NCBI GenBank assembly: GCA_963808625.1
Contig: CAWEHK010000023.1
Location: 1-64,000 of the forward strand
Reading direction: 5' to 3'
From: an uncultured delta proteobacterium
GTDB lineage: Bacteria > Desulfobacterota > Syntrophobacteria > Syntrophobacterales > Syntrophobacteraceae
DNA length: 64,000 nt
Below are positions 38,238 to 47,810 of this stretch, piece after piece. Positions within the stretch are counted from its first letter, which is position 1, and every line of letters starts with the position of its first letter. Below the pieces are notes generated by a model. The model was not told the origin of the DNA and ran no database searches. It saw only the letters and a list, made by a program, of their open reading frames with translations. The position numbers were made by a program, and so were the translations under genes.

Positions 38238-39206
38238 ATGCAGGTGTCAAAAGAAAAGAAGGTTGAAATGCTTCGCTCGATGCTCCTCACGCGTCGCTTT
38301 GAGGACACGCTGGTGGAACTCTGTAAGGTTCAGGGGAAGGTCCCCGGCATGATGATCCTGTGCACCGGCCAGGAGGCCGTAGGATCCGGAGTGGGCGCCG
38401 CCCTGGGTCCGGAGGACGTGATCATTTCCAATCATCGCGGTCACAGTCATCTCCTCGCCAAAGGAGCCGATCCCGGAGCGCTCATGGCGGAGATCTACGG
38501 CAAGCGGACCGGGTGCAACAAGGGCAAAAGCGGCACCCTGCACCTGGCCGTTCCCGAGGTCAATGCGCTCTGCACCACGACCGTGGTTGGGGGAAGCCTT
38601 CCCATCGCGGTGGGAGTTGCCTTCGCGCAAAAGTATCAAAAGGAAGCCAAAGTCACCATCTGCTTTTTCGGCGATGGCGCCGCCGATGAGGGCTCATTCC
38701 ACGAGGCCTTGAATCTGGCCAGCCTGTGGACGCTCCCCGTCGTTTTCGTCTGTGAAAACAACGTGTACGCCGGCGCCCAGCGCTACGAGGAACACACGAG
38801 AGTGAAAAACATTGCCGACCGGGCGGCAGGCTATGCGATGCCCGGCGAGGTGGTAGACGGCAATGACGCCGTGGCGGTTTATCAGGCTGCCCACAGGGCC
38901 CGGGAGCGCGCCCTTGCGGGACATGGTCCAACCCTCATCGAGTGCAAGACTTACCGCTGCCGAGGGCATGGCGAAGCTGACCACCAGCACTACCAGCCCA
39001 AGGATGAAATTGCGGCGTGGCAGGAAAAGTGCCCGCTGCCGCGGCTGAGCGGCGAGATGCTGGCCGAGGGACTGATCACCGGGGAGGAACTGCGAGAGAT
39101 GGAGACGATGGTTGCCGCCATAGTGGAGGAGGCGGTGCGGTTTGCCGAAGAGAGCCCCTATCCCGAGGTGGAAGAAGCACTCGAGGATGTGTTGGTCTCG
39201 TCATAA
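38238..39206 (+). CDS. TPP-dependent dehydrogenase E1 alpha subunit (acetoin/pyruvate dehydrogenase family)
   Basis: GQEA, NHRGH, GDGAADEG...ENN (TPP motif) and TYR.RGH. Confidence 0.95.
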   Translation: MQVSKEKKVEMLRSMLLTRRFEDTLVELCKVQGKVPGMMILCTGQEAVGSGVGAALGPEDVIISNHRGHSHLLAKGADPGALMAEIYGKRTGCNKGKSGTLHLAVPEVNALCTTTVVGGSLPIAVGVAFAQKYQKEAKVTICFFGDGAADEGSFHEALNLASLWTLPVVFVCENNVYAGAQRYEEHTRVKNIADRAAGYAMPGEVVDGNDAVAVYQAAHRARERALAGHGPTLIECKTYRCRGHGEADHQHYQPKDEIAAWQEKCPLPRLSGEMLAEGLITGEELREMETMVAAIVEEAVRFAEESPYPEVEEALEDVLVSS

Positions 39207-39247
39207 CCGTTCTGAGTCCGATTTTACCTTGCGGAAAGGACCTAGAC

Positions 39248-40225
39248 ATGCAGCAATTAGGAATGGGACAGGCCGTTAAACAGGCTCTGCAGGAAGAGAT
39301 GAGCGAGGACCCCAAGGTGTTCATTGCCGGTGAAGGAGTAGGGGTGAGCATCCACGATAATCCCATGCTTCCCACCGCCGGGTTGCTGAAGGAATTTGGG
39401 CGCGAGCGGGTGCTGGACACCCCGGTCTCGGAGGCTGCCATCGCGGGATTGGCGGTTGGTGCTGCCGTCTCGGGACTCCGGCCGGTCGTCGAGATCATGT
39501 TCAATCCCTTCTTTACCCTGGCCTCGGATATGATCGTCAATCATGCGGCCAAGCTGCGCTATCTCTCCGGCGGGAAATCCACCTTTCCCATGGTGGTCCG
39601 CATCAAGACCGGAGCAGGTTTTGGCGCCGGCTGCCAGCACTCGCACAACCTGGAAGCATGGGTGGCCCATTGCCCCGGGCTCAAGGTCGTCATGCCCGCC
39701 ACCCCCGCTGACGCCAAAGGGCTTTTGAAATCTGCCATTCGTGACGATAATCCCGTCATCTTCATCGAAGACATGATGCTCTACTTCGTTCCCGGTCCCG
39801 TTCCCGAAGAACCTTACCTGACCCCAATCGGGAAGGCGGAGATCAAGCGTGAGGGGACGCATGTGACAGTGGTGACATGGTCCAAGATGCTGGGGGTTGC
39901 CCTGTGCGCGGCGGAACGGTTGAGTGCGGAGGGGATCGAGCTGGAAGTGCTGGATCTCCGCACCCTCGTGCCGCTTGACCGGGACACGCTGCTCGCCTCG
40001 GTTGCGAAAACCGGTCGCCTGATCGTCCTCCATGAAGCCACGCGAACCGGTGGGTTCGCCGGAGAAATCTGCGCCGTGGTGACCGAAGAAGCCTTTTCGT
40101 CCCTCAAGGCGCCATTCAGGCGCGTTACCGGCCCGGATATCCCCGTGCCCGTCAGCCCTCCCCTCGAGCGCTTCTACATCCCGAGTGAAGACGGCCTGAT
40201 CCGTGCCGTTAGAGAAATCCTCTAA
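39248..40225 (+). CDS. TPP-dependent dehydrogenase E1 beta subunit
   Basis: RVLDTPVSE, RPVVEIMF, QHSH, PGLKVV.PATP.DAKGLL and DLRTLVPLD. Confidence 0.95.
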   Translation: MQQLGMGQAVKQALQEEMSEDPKVFIAGEGVGVSIHDNPMLPTAGLLKEFGRERVLDTPVSEAAIAGLAVGAAVSGLRPVVEIMFNPFFTLASDMIVNHAAKLRYLSGGKSTFPMVVRIKTGAGFGAGCQHSHNLEAWVAHCPGLKVVMPATPADAKGLLKSAIRDDNPVIFIEDMMLYFVPGPVPEEPYLTPIGKAEIKREGTHVTVVTWSKMLGVALCAAERLSAEGIELEVLDLRTLVPLDRDTLLASVAKTGRLIVLHEATRTGGFAGEICAVVTEEAFSSLKAPFRRVTGPDIPVPVSPPLERFYIPSEDGLIRAVREIL

Positions 40226-40247
40226 GAGCGAAAGAGGAAATACGATA

Positions 40248-41306
40248 ATGGGGGAGAAGATCCGGTTCGAAAAGCATTTTCAGCAGTCGTCCTTCCACAA
40301 TCCCATGCTGGGCGGCAAGCTGGACATCCAGGAGCTGGAAATTCGAAGGGACCCTCTTACGGGGCGGCAGAGCGTCTTCAACGCGAATCTGGGAGACAAG
40401 GTGGCCCTTTTCTTCGCTCCTTCCGACCCGGTTCTCATCGAACGACTCGCCCGCGAGAGTGAAGCCAGGTGCTTTCTTTGCGGGGACCAGTGGAAACAGG
40501 CAACTCCGCTCTATCCGGAAAACATCGTGCCCGGGGGACGGGTAGAAGTGGGCGATGCCGTGCTTTTTCCCAATCTGTTCCCGGTCTCGCAGGTGCATGC
40601 GGTCATTCGGGTTGGCTCGAGCCACTATCTTCCGCTTCCGGATTTATCGTCTTCCCTCATCGGAGAGGCTTTTCAGGCGTCGAGGGCCTTTATCGAACTC
40701 CTCTTCCAGGCCGATGAAGCGGTCCGCTACCTGACTCTCAACGGCAACTATCTCGGGCCCGCCGGCGCCAGCATCCACCACCCTCACTTCCAGGTGCTCG
40801 GGGGCGACCTCCCCTGGACCCATCTCGAAGAACTGCTCGCCCGCAGTGCGGACTATCGCAAGGAACACGGCACCTGCTACTGGACGCACCTGGTGGAGAA
40901 GGAACAGGAGCTCGGCGCTCGTTTCATCGCCAGGACCGGGGGCGTCAGCTGGATCACCAGCTTCTCTCCTCAGGGAACCAACGAGGTTTTGGGCATCCTC
41001 ACCGAAAAAAGAGATATCCTGGAAATGGAGGAGCAGGATTTCGCGGACCTCGCCGAGGGCTTCGCCGCGGTCCTTCGTGGATACGCTGCCCTGGGAATCT
41101 CGACCTTCAATTTCACCCTCTACTCCGGCCCCCTCGGCGCCTCCGATGACGCGTTCCGCTGTTTTCTGCGCGTCATCTCGCGCCAGAACGTATACGAAAA
41201 CTACCGCACGGACGACTACTTCCTGCAAAAGTTGCTGCGGAACGAGCTCATGCTGAGCACTCCCGAAAGTCTGGCTTCAGCTTTACGACATGCCTTTCGG
41301 ACATGA
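40248..41306 (+). CDS. GalT-like (HIT superfamily) nucleotidyltransferase
   Basis: EIRRDPLTG, CFLC, FPNLFP and NY..PAGASIHHPHFQ (HxHxQ). Confidence 0.85.
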   Translation: MGEKIRFEKHFQQSSFHNPMLGGKLDIQELEIRRDPLTGRQSVFNANLGDKVALFFAPSDPVLIERLARESEARCFLCGDQWKQATPLYPENIVPGGRVEVGDAVLFPNLFPVSQVHAVIRVGSSHYLPLPDLSSSLIGEAFQASRAFIELLFQADEAVRYLTLNGNYLGPAGASIHHPHFQVLGGDLPWTHLEELLARSADYRKEHGTCYWTHLVEKEQELGARFIARTGGVSWITSFSPQGTNEVLGILTEKRDILEMEEQDFADLAEGFAAVLRGYAALGISTFNFTLYSGPLGASDDAFRCFLRVISRQNVYENYRTDDYFLQKLLRNELMLSTPESLASALRHAFRT

Positions 41307-41545
41307 AGATAAGAGAAAGCAGTGGACGGGAACGGCCCAGTGGGCCAGGGCGACAGAACTGGTCCGAATCCGTCAGCCTGTGCCGTGTCTTGAGAACCGG
41401 CAAGCCTGGTGAACGATTACGCTCGAGATACAAGAAGGGCCGGGGTAATGAAATCGGTAACGACCAAAGGAGAAAGGAGAGCGGGTTTTCCAACCCGCCC
41501 TGGATGCCTCGATGATATCTGAGAAGGGCTGCCAGGGCCGAGGAA

Positions 41546-42046
41546 ATGAAGTACTCCAGCGCTATCTTGTGTCAGGCCAATTTCGAACCCCCCAGTCAAG
41601 GTGTCCTGACCCTTGTCCCCTGCAAGCAGGATTTGCGTCAGGATCGCTCGCCGACCTGTACCAAAGCGAAATTCGACATCTGGAATTCGAACGAAACCAA
41701 ATTCACCGGGGCCTATCAGTGTATTAAGTGCTGGTATGAAGGTGTCCTCGATGGTATCAAGGCCCCGTCAGGATTTGGTGGAGAAAAGTTCACCTTCCAC
41801 TCACTCCATACTTATGCCGCTCGCTTCCGCGTGCAGGGCATCGCGAGCTCAGTGTGCCAAGGGCAGCCCACAGCGGCTTGTACGACTAGTCAGGCTGCGC
41901 CTCTGATTGGCCTGTTCGCGTACGCCCTTGGTGGAACTGATGGAACCTCATGGGGCGGATACATGCCTGCCGGCGGCGGTATTGATACTTCCGGGTTCGT
42001 TTACTGGGATAAGGGAGATGGACCTCAGGAAAGCCCGAAACGTTAG
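41546..42046 (+). pseudogene. 5'-truncated paralogue of the exported protein at 47811-48899
   Basis: LTL..C...LR....CTKAKFDIWN.NETKFTGAYQC...WYEG.LD...GG.KF.F.SL.T.AARF.V.G aligns only to the C-terminal half of the paralogue. Confidence 0.7.
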
Positions 42047-42256
42047 ACTGAATTTCCTTTCAAGAATTTAAGGCATGGGGAATGAAGGCAGCTTCGTTCC
42101 CCATTTGCTTTTTCTCACTGGTCCTACGAACCCTGACGGTACCCGATGGTCGGCTTGTTACCACGTCGATCGGCCCCCAAGTGACCATCTCTGAAACCTC
42201 TTACTATGAGCATTTCCGGAGGGCCAAAATACGCTCAGGGATTCAATGTATTCGTT

Positions 42257-45200
42257 TCAAGTCAGGCTCCCCAAAGCTTCCTTTGCTTTCTGCAAATAGA
42301 GATCGGCCTCGCATTCCTCAAACGTGTGCACCGCGCCGGCCAGGCATTCCCGGGCTTGTGGATATCGGCCTTTGGCCCTGTGCAGCAACCCCAGCGTCAA
42401 ACTGGCGCGTCCCAAAGTGTCTCTTGCTCCCATCTCCGTGGCAACCTCGATGGCGTTGGTCAAATGCTGCAAAGCCTTCCGGTCGGCGAAGGGAGCCTTG
42501 GTGATCAAGAAACCAAGGTTCCTGAAAAGGATGGACCATTTCTTTTCCCCGGCACCCTGGGCGATAGCCGCATAAATTCTGCCCATAACCAGTTGCGAAA
42601 CGGCATAACGCAATTTGCTGCCGGACTGCAACCAGATTTCAGCAATTTCTTCCAGGTATTTCATGCCCTTGCTGAGCTCACCATGGGCCACCAGCACTGC
42701 TCCCAACAGAAACTTGGCCGGCGTCCCGACATATTCGGCGCCACGTTCTTCGCTAAACGAGATCATCCGCTCCAACGTCTCCTGCTGCCCGTCATAATCG
42801 CCATGGGCGATGCGTGCATAGGAGAGCGCCAAACTTGGAAACTGGGAATACCAGGGATCGGCCGAAGTCCGAATCGCCTCTTCAAAACATGAGGTCGCCG
42901 CAGCTATATCCCCACCAATCATATGGCTGTATCCCATGAAGCAGCAGCCCATGACCATACTGCGAACATTGGAGTGCTTCCGGCCAAAATCCAGAAGGGT
43001 CTGTCCATGCTCAAAAGCCTTGCGTGTTTCCCCCCGGTGAAAATGCACGTACGCCAGACCCGCGAGAGAATTAAAATAAAGGAAGTGGTCCACATCGGCC
43101 GCCTGGCACAGCACCTGAGCTTTGCCAGCAAACCTTGCAGCCTCATCCAGGCGTCCCAACTCCATCGATGTCCAGGTCAGCCAGGTGTAGGCATAACCCA
43201 TCAGCAACTGGTCCCCGGCCTCTTCGCCCAGCTTAAGCGCGCGGGAAAGATACTCATAGGCCTCGCGCCCCATCTCGCGATGCCACATGGCACAACTGAG
43301 CCAGGCGTAGTACATCCCCAGCTGGCTCTGGTCGGTCAAGGTCTCAGCGAGAGCCTGGTGCTCTTCGAGCAATTCCTGAAGTTTTCTATACTCTCCGCCG
43401 TAGTAATAGACGAACGCCCACTTAATCAGGACGTCGACCAGCAGGTCCTTGTCGGCTTCATCCCCGGCACCGTTCTCAGTGAGCAGCGCATAAGCCTCCC
43501 GGAAATACTGGTGGGACTCCTCCAGCGCATATCTTCTCAAGCTCTTTTCCCCGGACTTCACCAGGTAATCGACGGCTTTGCGAACGGAGTGGCCCTTCTT
43601 ATAATGAAAGGCCAGCGTTTCATACATTTCGGGAAGGCGGTCACAAAACACCTCCTCCATCGCCTGACCGATCCGCTCGTGGACAGCCTGTCGCTCCTTC
43701 TTCAGGAGCCCGTTGTAAACCACTTCCTGAGTCAAGGCGTGCTTGAAAGTATACTCAAGGTCAGGGTGAATGGATTTGGTGCGGATCAGGTCAAGCTGTT
43801 CCAGGCCACCGAGACAATCCTGGAGGTAGTCTTTGGGCTCGGAAATACGTTCAATGATTGCATAATGGAAATTCCTCCCGATAACTGAAGCTTCTTGTAG
43901 TGCCCTCTTCATCTTCACGTTCAGGCGGTCAACCCTCGCCGCAATAACGCCGTGGATGGTTGGGGAGATGCCGGATTCGCTCAACCCTCTCGTGAGTTTC
44001 CAGCTCCCATCGTCCTGTACCAGGGTCTCTGATTCAATCAAAGAGTTGACCACCTCTTCCAGATAGAAAGGATTGCCCTCGGTCTTTTCGTGAATGAATT
44101 GCTTTAACTCAAGGGGAATCGTCCTGATCCTCAGGAGAGATTCCATCATTTGTTGAGCTTCAGCAGGAGAGAGGTCCTGTAAGTGAATCTCGTGGCGCGA
44201 ATTCCCTGCAATATTAAGCTGCTCGCTCGTGAACAGCTTGAAAGGAGGTCTGTAGATGCAGAGGAAAATGGCAGGAATGGTCGCATCGGACAGAATAAAC
44301 CGTAGGAGATCCAGGGAGGGTGGATCTGCCCAATGAAGGTCTTCCAGGCAAATGACCGTTGCTCTCGCGTTGGCGGAAGCCGCGAGAATATTCCTGATGG
44401 CCTCAAGCAACTGCGCCTTCCACAACTCGGGACTCACACTTTCGAATCCGGGAAGGTTCGGATCATAAAGATTACCAATCACTGAGCAGACGTTCTCTGT
44501 TGCGCCCAAGATCCCGTACACACACAACTCGATCTTTCGCCTGATGAACTCTGGCGAGTCTTGTTCGTCGATTTTCCAGATCCGGTTTAGGAGATCGATC
44601 AAGGGCCAATAGGGAATATTCTGGGTGTAACCGTAACAATGAGCTCCAATCCATTGAAATTGCTTTCTATCCAGAGTCGCTCTGAATTCCTCAACAAGTC
44701 TGGTCTTTCCGGTGCCGGGGTCACCGCAGATAGAGACGATCGAACGCTGTCCCTGCTGCAGCCTTTCAACAGCCTTTGCAAACAGAGTCATTTCGGATTC
44801 ACGGCCAACAAGCTTAGCCTGCAATCGATGGGGATGGCGGATTTCCTCTGGTGTTTCCCTGGGTGTTAAGAGCTCGTAAGCCTCCACTAGTTCTGCTTTC
44901 CCTTTGACTTCAAGCAGTTCGCATTGTTTGAAAGTGAAATATGGCTGCGCTGGATGATGAGTGTCGGACCCGACAAGGATACTCCCAGCTTTGGCCAGAG
45001 AGCACAGCCTCGAGGCCACATTGACCGTGTCGCCGGTAAGCTCACCTGCCGCTTTGTCAGAATCGAGCCCACTTATAACCACAAGCCCGCTATTGATGCC
45101 GGTATGCATGGCCAAAGGCCCGCCGATCTTGGTTTGATAATCCGGGCTCATCGCTTCAACAGCAGTGTGAATTTGCGTGGCTGTTCTGATCGCCCGCACG

Positions 45201-45532
45201 GCATCGTCTTCGTGGCTGTTGGGAAAGCCGAAGAGGATCATGGCGGCATCACCCAGGAATCTGCCAATAGTGCCATCGTATTTCTTCACAATCCGGGTGA
45301 TGGCCTCGAAGATCCGGCTCATGATCTCCTTCACTTCTTCCGGGTCCAGTTCCTCGGTCATGCGGGTATAACCGCTCAGATCGGAGAACATAACGGTGAC
45401 TTGTTTGCGTTCACCGGTGATTGATGGGATTATCCCCTCGAATGCCAACGCAGCATGTAACAGCGTAATCCCGCATTCCCCACAGAACTTTGCTTCATCT
45501 CGACTGTCAAAGTGGCAGTTTGGACAACTCAC
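42257..45532 (-). CDS. Zn-ribbon + class III adenylate/guanylate cyclase + AAA (STAND-like) + TPR protein
   Basis: CPNC...FCGECG; GERKQVTVMFSDLSGYT, LGDA, GDTVNVASRL; GDPGTGKT; EDLHWAD; GNPFYLEE; Y.FKHAL; TPR-like tail. Confidence 0.93.
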   Translation of the reverse strand: MSCPNCHFDSRDEAKFCGECGITLLHAALAFEGIIPSITGERKQVTVMFSDLSGYTRMTEELDPEEVKEIMSRIFEAITRIVKKYDGTIGRFLGDAAMILFGFPNSHEDDAVRAIRTATQIHTAVEAMSPDYQTKIGGPLAMHTGINSGLVVISGLDSDKAAGELTGDTVNVASRLCSLAKAGSILVGSDTHHPAQPYFTFKQCELLEVKGKAELVEAYELLTPRETPEEIRHPHRLQAKLVGRESEMTLFAKAVERLQQGQRSIVSICGDPGTGKTRLVEEFRATLDRKQFQWIGAHCYGYTQNIPYWPLIDLLNRIWKIDEQDSPEFIRRKIELCVYGILGATENVCSVIGNLYDPNLPGFESVSPELWKAQLLEAIRNILAASANARATVICLEDLHWADPPSLDLLRFILSDATIPAIFLCIYRPPFKLFTSEQLNIAGNSRHEIHLQDLSPAEAQQMMESLLRIRTIPLELKQFIHEKTEGNPFYLEEVVNSLIESETLVQDDGSWKLTRGLSESGISPTIHGVIAARVDRLNVKMKRALQEASVIGRNFHYAIIERISEPKDYLQDCLGGLEQLDLIRTKSIHPDLEYTFKHALTQEVVYNGLLKKERQAVHERIGQAMEEVFCDRLPEMYETLAFHYKKGHSVRKAVDYLVKSGEKSLRRYALEESHQYFREAYALLTENGAGDEADKDLLVDVLIKWAFVYYYGGEYRKLQELLEEHQALAETLTDQSQLGMYYAWLSCAMWHREMGREAYEYLSRALKLGEEAGDQLLMGYAYTWLTWTSMELGRLDEAARFAGKAQVLCQAADVDHFLYFNSLAGLAYVHFHRGETRKAFEHGQTLLDFGRKHSNVRSMVMGCCFMGYSHMIGGDIAAATSCFEEAIRTSADPWYSQFPSLALSYARIAHGDYDGQQETLERMISFSEERGAEYVGTPAKFLLGAVLVAHGELSKGMKYLEEIAEIWLQSGSKLRYAVSQLVMGRIYAAIAQGAGEKKWSILFRNLGFLITKAPFADRKALQHLTNAIEVATEMGARDTLGRASLTLGLLHRAKGRYPQARECLAGAVHTFEECEADLYLQKAKEALGSLT

Positions 45533-45749
45533 AAGGACCCCCAGAAGACCTCAAAAAATAAATGATTCAAGCGATATTGGCGTTTCTCAAATCCTCTTGA
45601 CCTTTACTGGTAACGCCGCACAATTAGATCTACTTGTAATTCCTCCCTGCCATTGTCTTTCCGCATAGAAGGGCATCTCTATAATAAACTCCAATTGGTT
45701 TTCTTGATCATAGTGTCCACCTTTGTCTTCCTTTATTGGCAATTGGTCT

Positions 45750-45791
45750 AAAAAAGAAAAAGCCGAATTACCCTCTTCCAGGTAACCCGGC
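45750..45791 (-). terminator. Intrinsic terminator overlapping the riboswitch 3' end
   Basis: Minus strand GCCGGGTTACC-TGGAAGAG-GGTAATTCGGC followed by TTTTTCTTTTTT. Confidence 0.8.
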
Positions 45792-45855
45792 CCGGCTGTC
45801 TTTATAACCCCTGGTTTCCCGTCCCCACCTCATGATGGGTTTGGTTTTTCTTTGT
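45781..45855 (-). ncRNA. GEMM-I (cyclic dinucleotide) riboswitch aptamer, degenerate, A20-type
   Basis: Minus strand ACCAAACCCATC-ATGA-GGTGGGGACGGGAAACCAGGGGTT...GACAGCCGGG...GTTACC resembles deltaproteobacterial GEMM-I aptamers. Confidence 0.7.
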
Positions 45856-46114
45856 TATTGTATGTAGCACGGATGAACGGATGCTCCAATAGGGCAAAAT
45901 GCGTAGTTCATTGGAGGAAAGACTGTAGTTGAGGGGGCGGGTTCCTCTACAATCGAAAGTTGGTATAGGCATCGGTAAAAGGAATCAGAAGGAGTTGTCG
46001 AAGTATTATAAACCGTTACACCTGGAGCAAAGGAGACTACCGATATCTGCCTTGAAGAGCCAAAAACCAAATCGTCAGAAGTTCAAGATTCAAAAACCAT
46101 ATCCTTCATATTTT

Positions 46115-46203
46115 GATTGAACCTCGCAGCCTTGGCTGGGATTGAGATCCATGAGGACTCGCCCCAGCCAACGGGGACTACTTAACCGTAGAGGTCTTCA
46201 ATC
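46115..46203 (-). ncRNA. Unassigned structured RNA candidate
   Basis: Nested helices GATTGA/TCAATC, ACCTC/GAGGT, GTAGTC/GGCTGC, TTGGCTGGG/CCCAGCCAA and GAGTCC/GGATCTC with 5' bulges. Confidence 0.5.
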
Positions 46204-46362
46204 CATCTTTTTGCCTCAGCATCATTGACCTTCCCGAGAATATCTCTGCGTCGTGGCTAAATCTAATGGACCAGAAGCAAATAATCACATAAATAACTTA
46301 ATAAAATCCATATTAATATATTATTACTTTTAACTAAGTCTAATAAATATAATATTTACGTA

Positions 46363-46390
46363 TTGACAATATGAATAAGACCCTTATTTT
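46363..46390 (+). promoter_or_regulatory. Sigma70-like promoter of the ADH gene in a very AT-rich tract
   Basis: TTGACA-N16-TATTTT about 110 nt upstream of RBS AAGGAG and ATG 46499. Confidence 0.5.
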
Positions 46391-46498
46391 AGATTAGTAA
46401 GATATTTCATAGATATTTAAATTTCGTGTTTTCATGATGATTGTCCGGATTAACTTTGGACAAAAAAACTAAACAAGATCCTGAGAAGGAGAAACACC

Positions 46499-47665
46499 AT
46501 GGCAGTTGGCGAACAAGTATTCGGATTTTTCATTCCTACGGTTACCCTGATGGGCGTAGGCGCTCACAAAGAAATCGGCAAGCAGGTAAAGGTTCTTGGC
46601 GGCAAGAAGCCTTTTATCTGTACCGACAAGGGCCTTACCAAGTTCGGCGTGACCCAGCAGATCGTTGACCTGGTCAAGCAGGATGCGGGCGTTGATTGCG
46701 TGGTATTTGATGAAACCGTGCCCAACCCGACCGACACGAACGTTCATGACGGCCTCAAGGTTTTCCAGGACAAGAAGTGCGACCTGATCATCTCCCTCGG
46801 TGGCGGCAGCTCCCATGACTGCGCCAAGGGGATCGGCATCGTTTCCACCAACGGCGGCAATATCCGGGACTACGAAGGCGTTGACAAATCCACCAAGCCC
46901 ATGCCGCCTTTCATTGCCATCAACACCACCGCCGGCACGGCCAGCGAAATGACCCGCTTCTGCATCATCACCAATACCAGCAACCACGTGAAAATGGCTA
47001 TCGTTGACTGGCGGGTAACCCCCAACCTGGCGATCAACGATCCTTTGCTCATGGCCGGCATGCCTCCCGCACTGACCGCGGCCACCGGAATGGACGCCCT
47101 GACCCACGCCGTTGAAGCCTATGTTTCGATCATCGCCACTCCGGTAACCGACGCCTGTGCGATTAAGGCGATCGAGTTGATCGCCGGCAACCTCCGGGCC
47201 GCCGTGGCCAACGGCGCCGACATGCTCGCCCGCGACAACATGGGGTATGCCGAATACCTGGCAGGCATGGCGTTCAACAATGCCAGCCTGGGCCACGTGC
47301 ATGCCATGGCTCACCAGTTGGGTGGTTTCTACAACCTGCCTCATGGTGTCTGCAACGCCATCCTCCTTCCCCACGTTGAGAGATTCAACCTGATTGCTAA
47401 AGTTGAGCGTTTCGTCGATATCGCCAAGGCCATGGGCGAGAACGTGGAAGGTTTGGCGCCTCGTGATGCGGCTGAAAAAGCCCTCGAGGCGATCAAGAAA
47501 CTCTCGGCTGATGTCGGTATTCCCAGCGGCTTGACGGAACTGGGAGTCAAAGAGAAAGACCTCAAGACGATGGCTGAAAATGCTCAGAAGGATGCCTGTG
47601 GGTTCACCAATCCTCGCTGCCCCACCCTGGATGATGTGATCCAGATCTACAAGTGGGCGATGTAA
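46499..47665 (+). CDS. Iron-containing alcohol dehydrogenase (DhaT/AdhB-like)
   Basis: LGGGSSHDCAK, NTTAGTASE, GMDALTHA.E, HAMAHQLGG and PHGVCNA; strongly biased codon usage. Confidence 0.97.
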   Translation: MAVGEQVFGFFIPTVTLMGVGAHKEIGKQVKVLGGKKPFICTDKGLTKFGVTQQIVDLVKQDAGVDCVVFDETVPNPTDTNVHDGLKVFQDKKCDLIISLGGGSSHDCAKGIGIVSTNGGNIRDYEGVDKSTKPMPPFIAINTTAGTASEMTRFCIITNTSNHVKMAIVDWRVTPNLAINDPLLMAGMPPALTAATGMDALTHAVEAYVSIIATPVTDACAIKAIELIAGNLRAAVANGADMLARDNMGYAEYLAGMAFNNASLGHVHAMAHQLGGFYNLPHGVCNAILLPHVERFNLIAKVERFVDIAKAMGENVEGLAPRDAAEKALEAIKKLSADVGIPSGLTELGVKEKDLKTMAENAQKDACGFTNPRCPTLDDVIQIYKWAM

Positions 47666-47693
47666 TCTACCGCACGCTGTAGGACGTTGAAGC

Positions 47694-47729
47694 GATTGGG
47701 GGGAGGCCGGCGCGGTCTTACCCCCAATC
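47694..47729 (+). terminator. GC-rich hairpin after ADH
   Basis: GATTGGGGG...CCCCCAATC; there is no U-tract, so it may be a stabiliser instead. Confidence 0.45.
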
Positions 47730-47810
47730 CGTCACCATGCCGCAAACTCCAGGGGTAAGGAAGAATAGTCAGAATCGATACGAAAACCTATGACATACAA
47801 GGAGGAGAGT

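Noticed and set aside
45855..46070. 71-aa ORF between the two RNA elements
   Set aside because: Weak start and no motif; at best a remnant.
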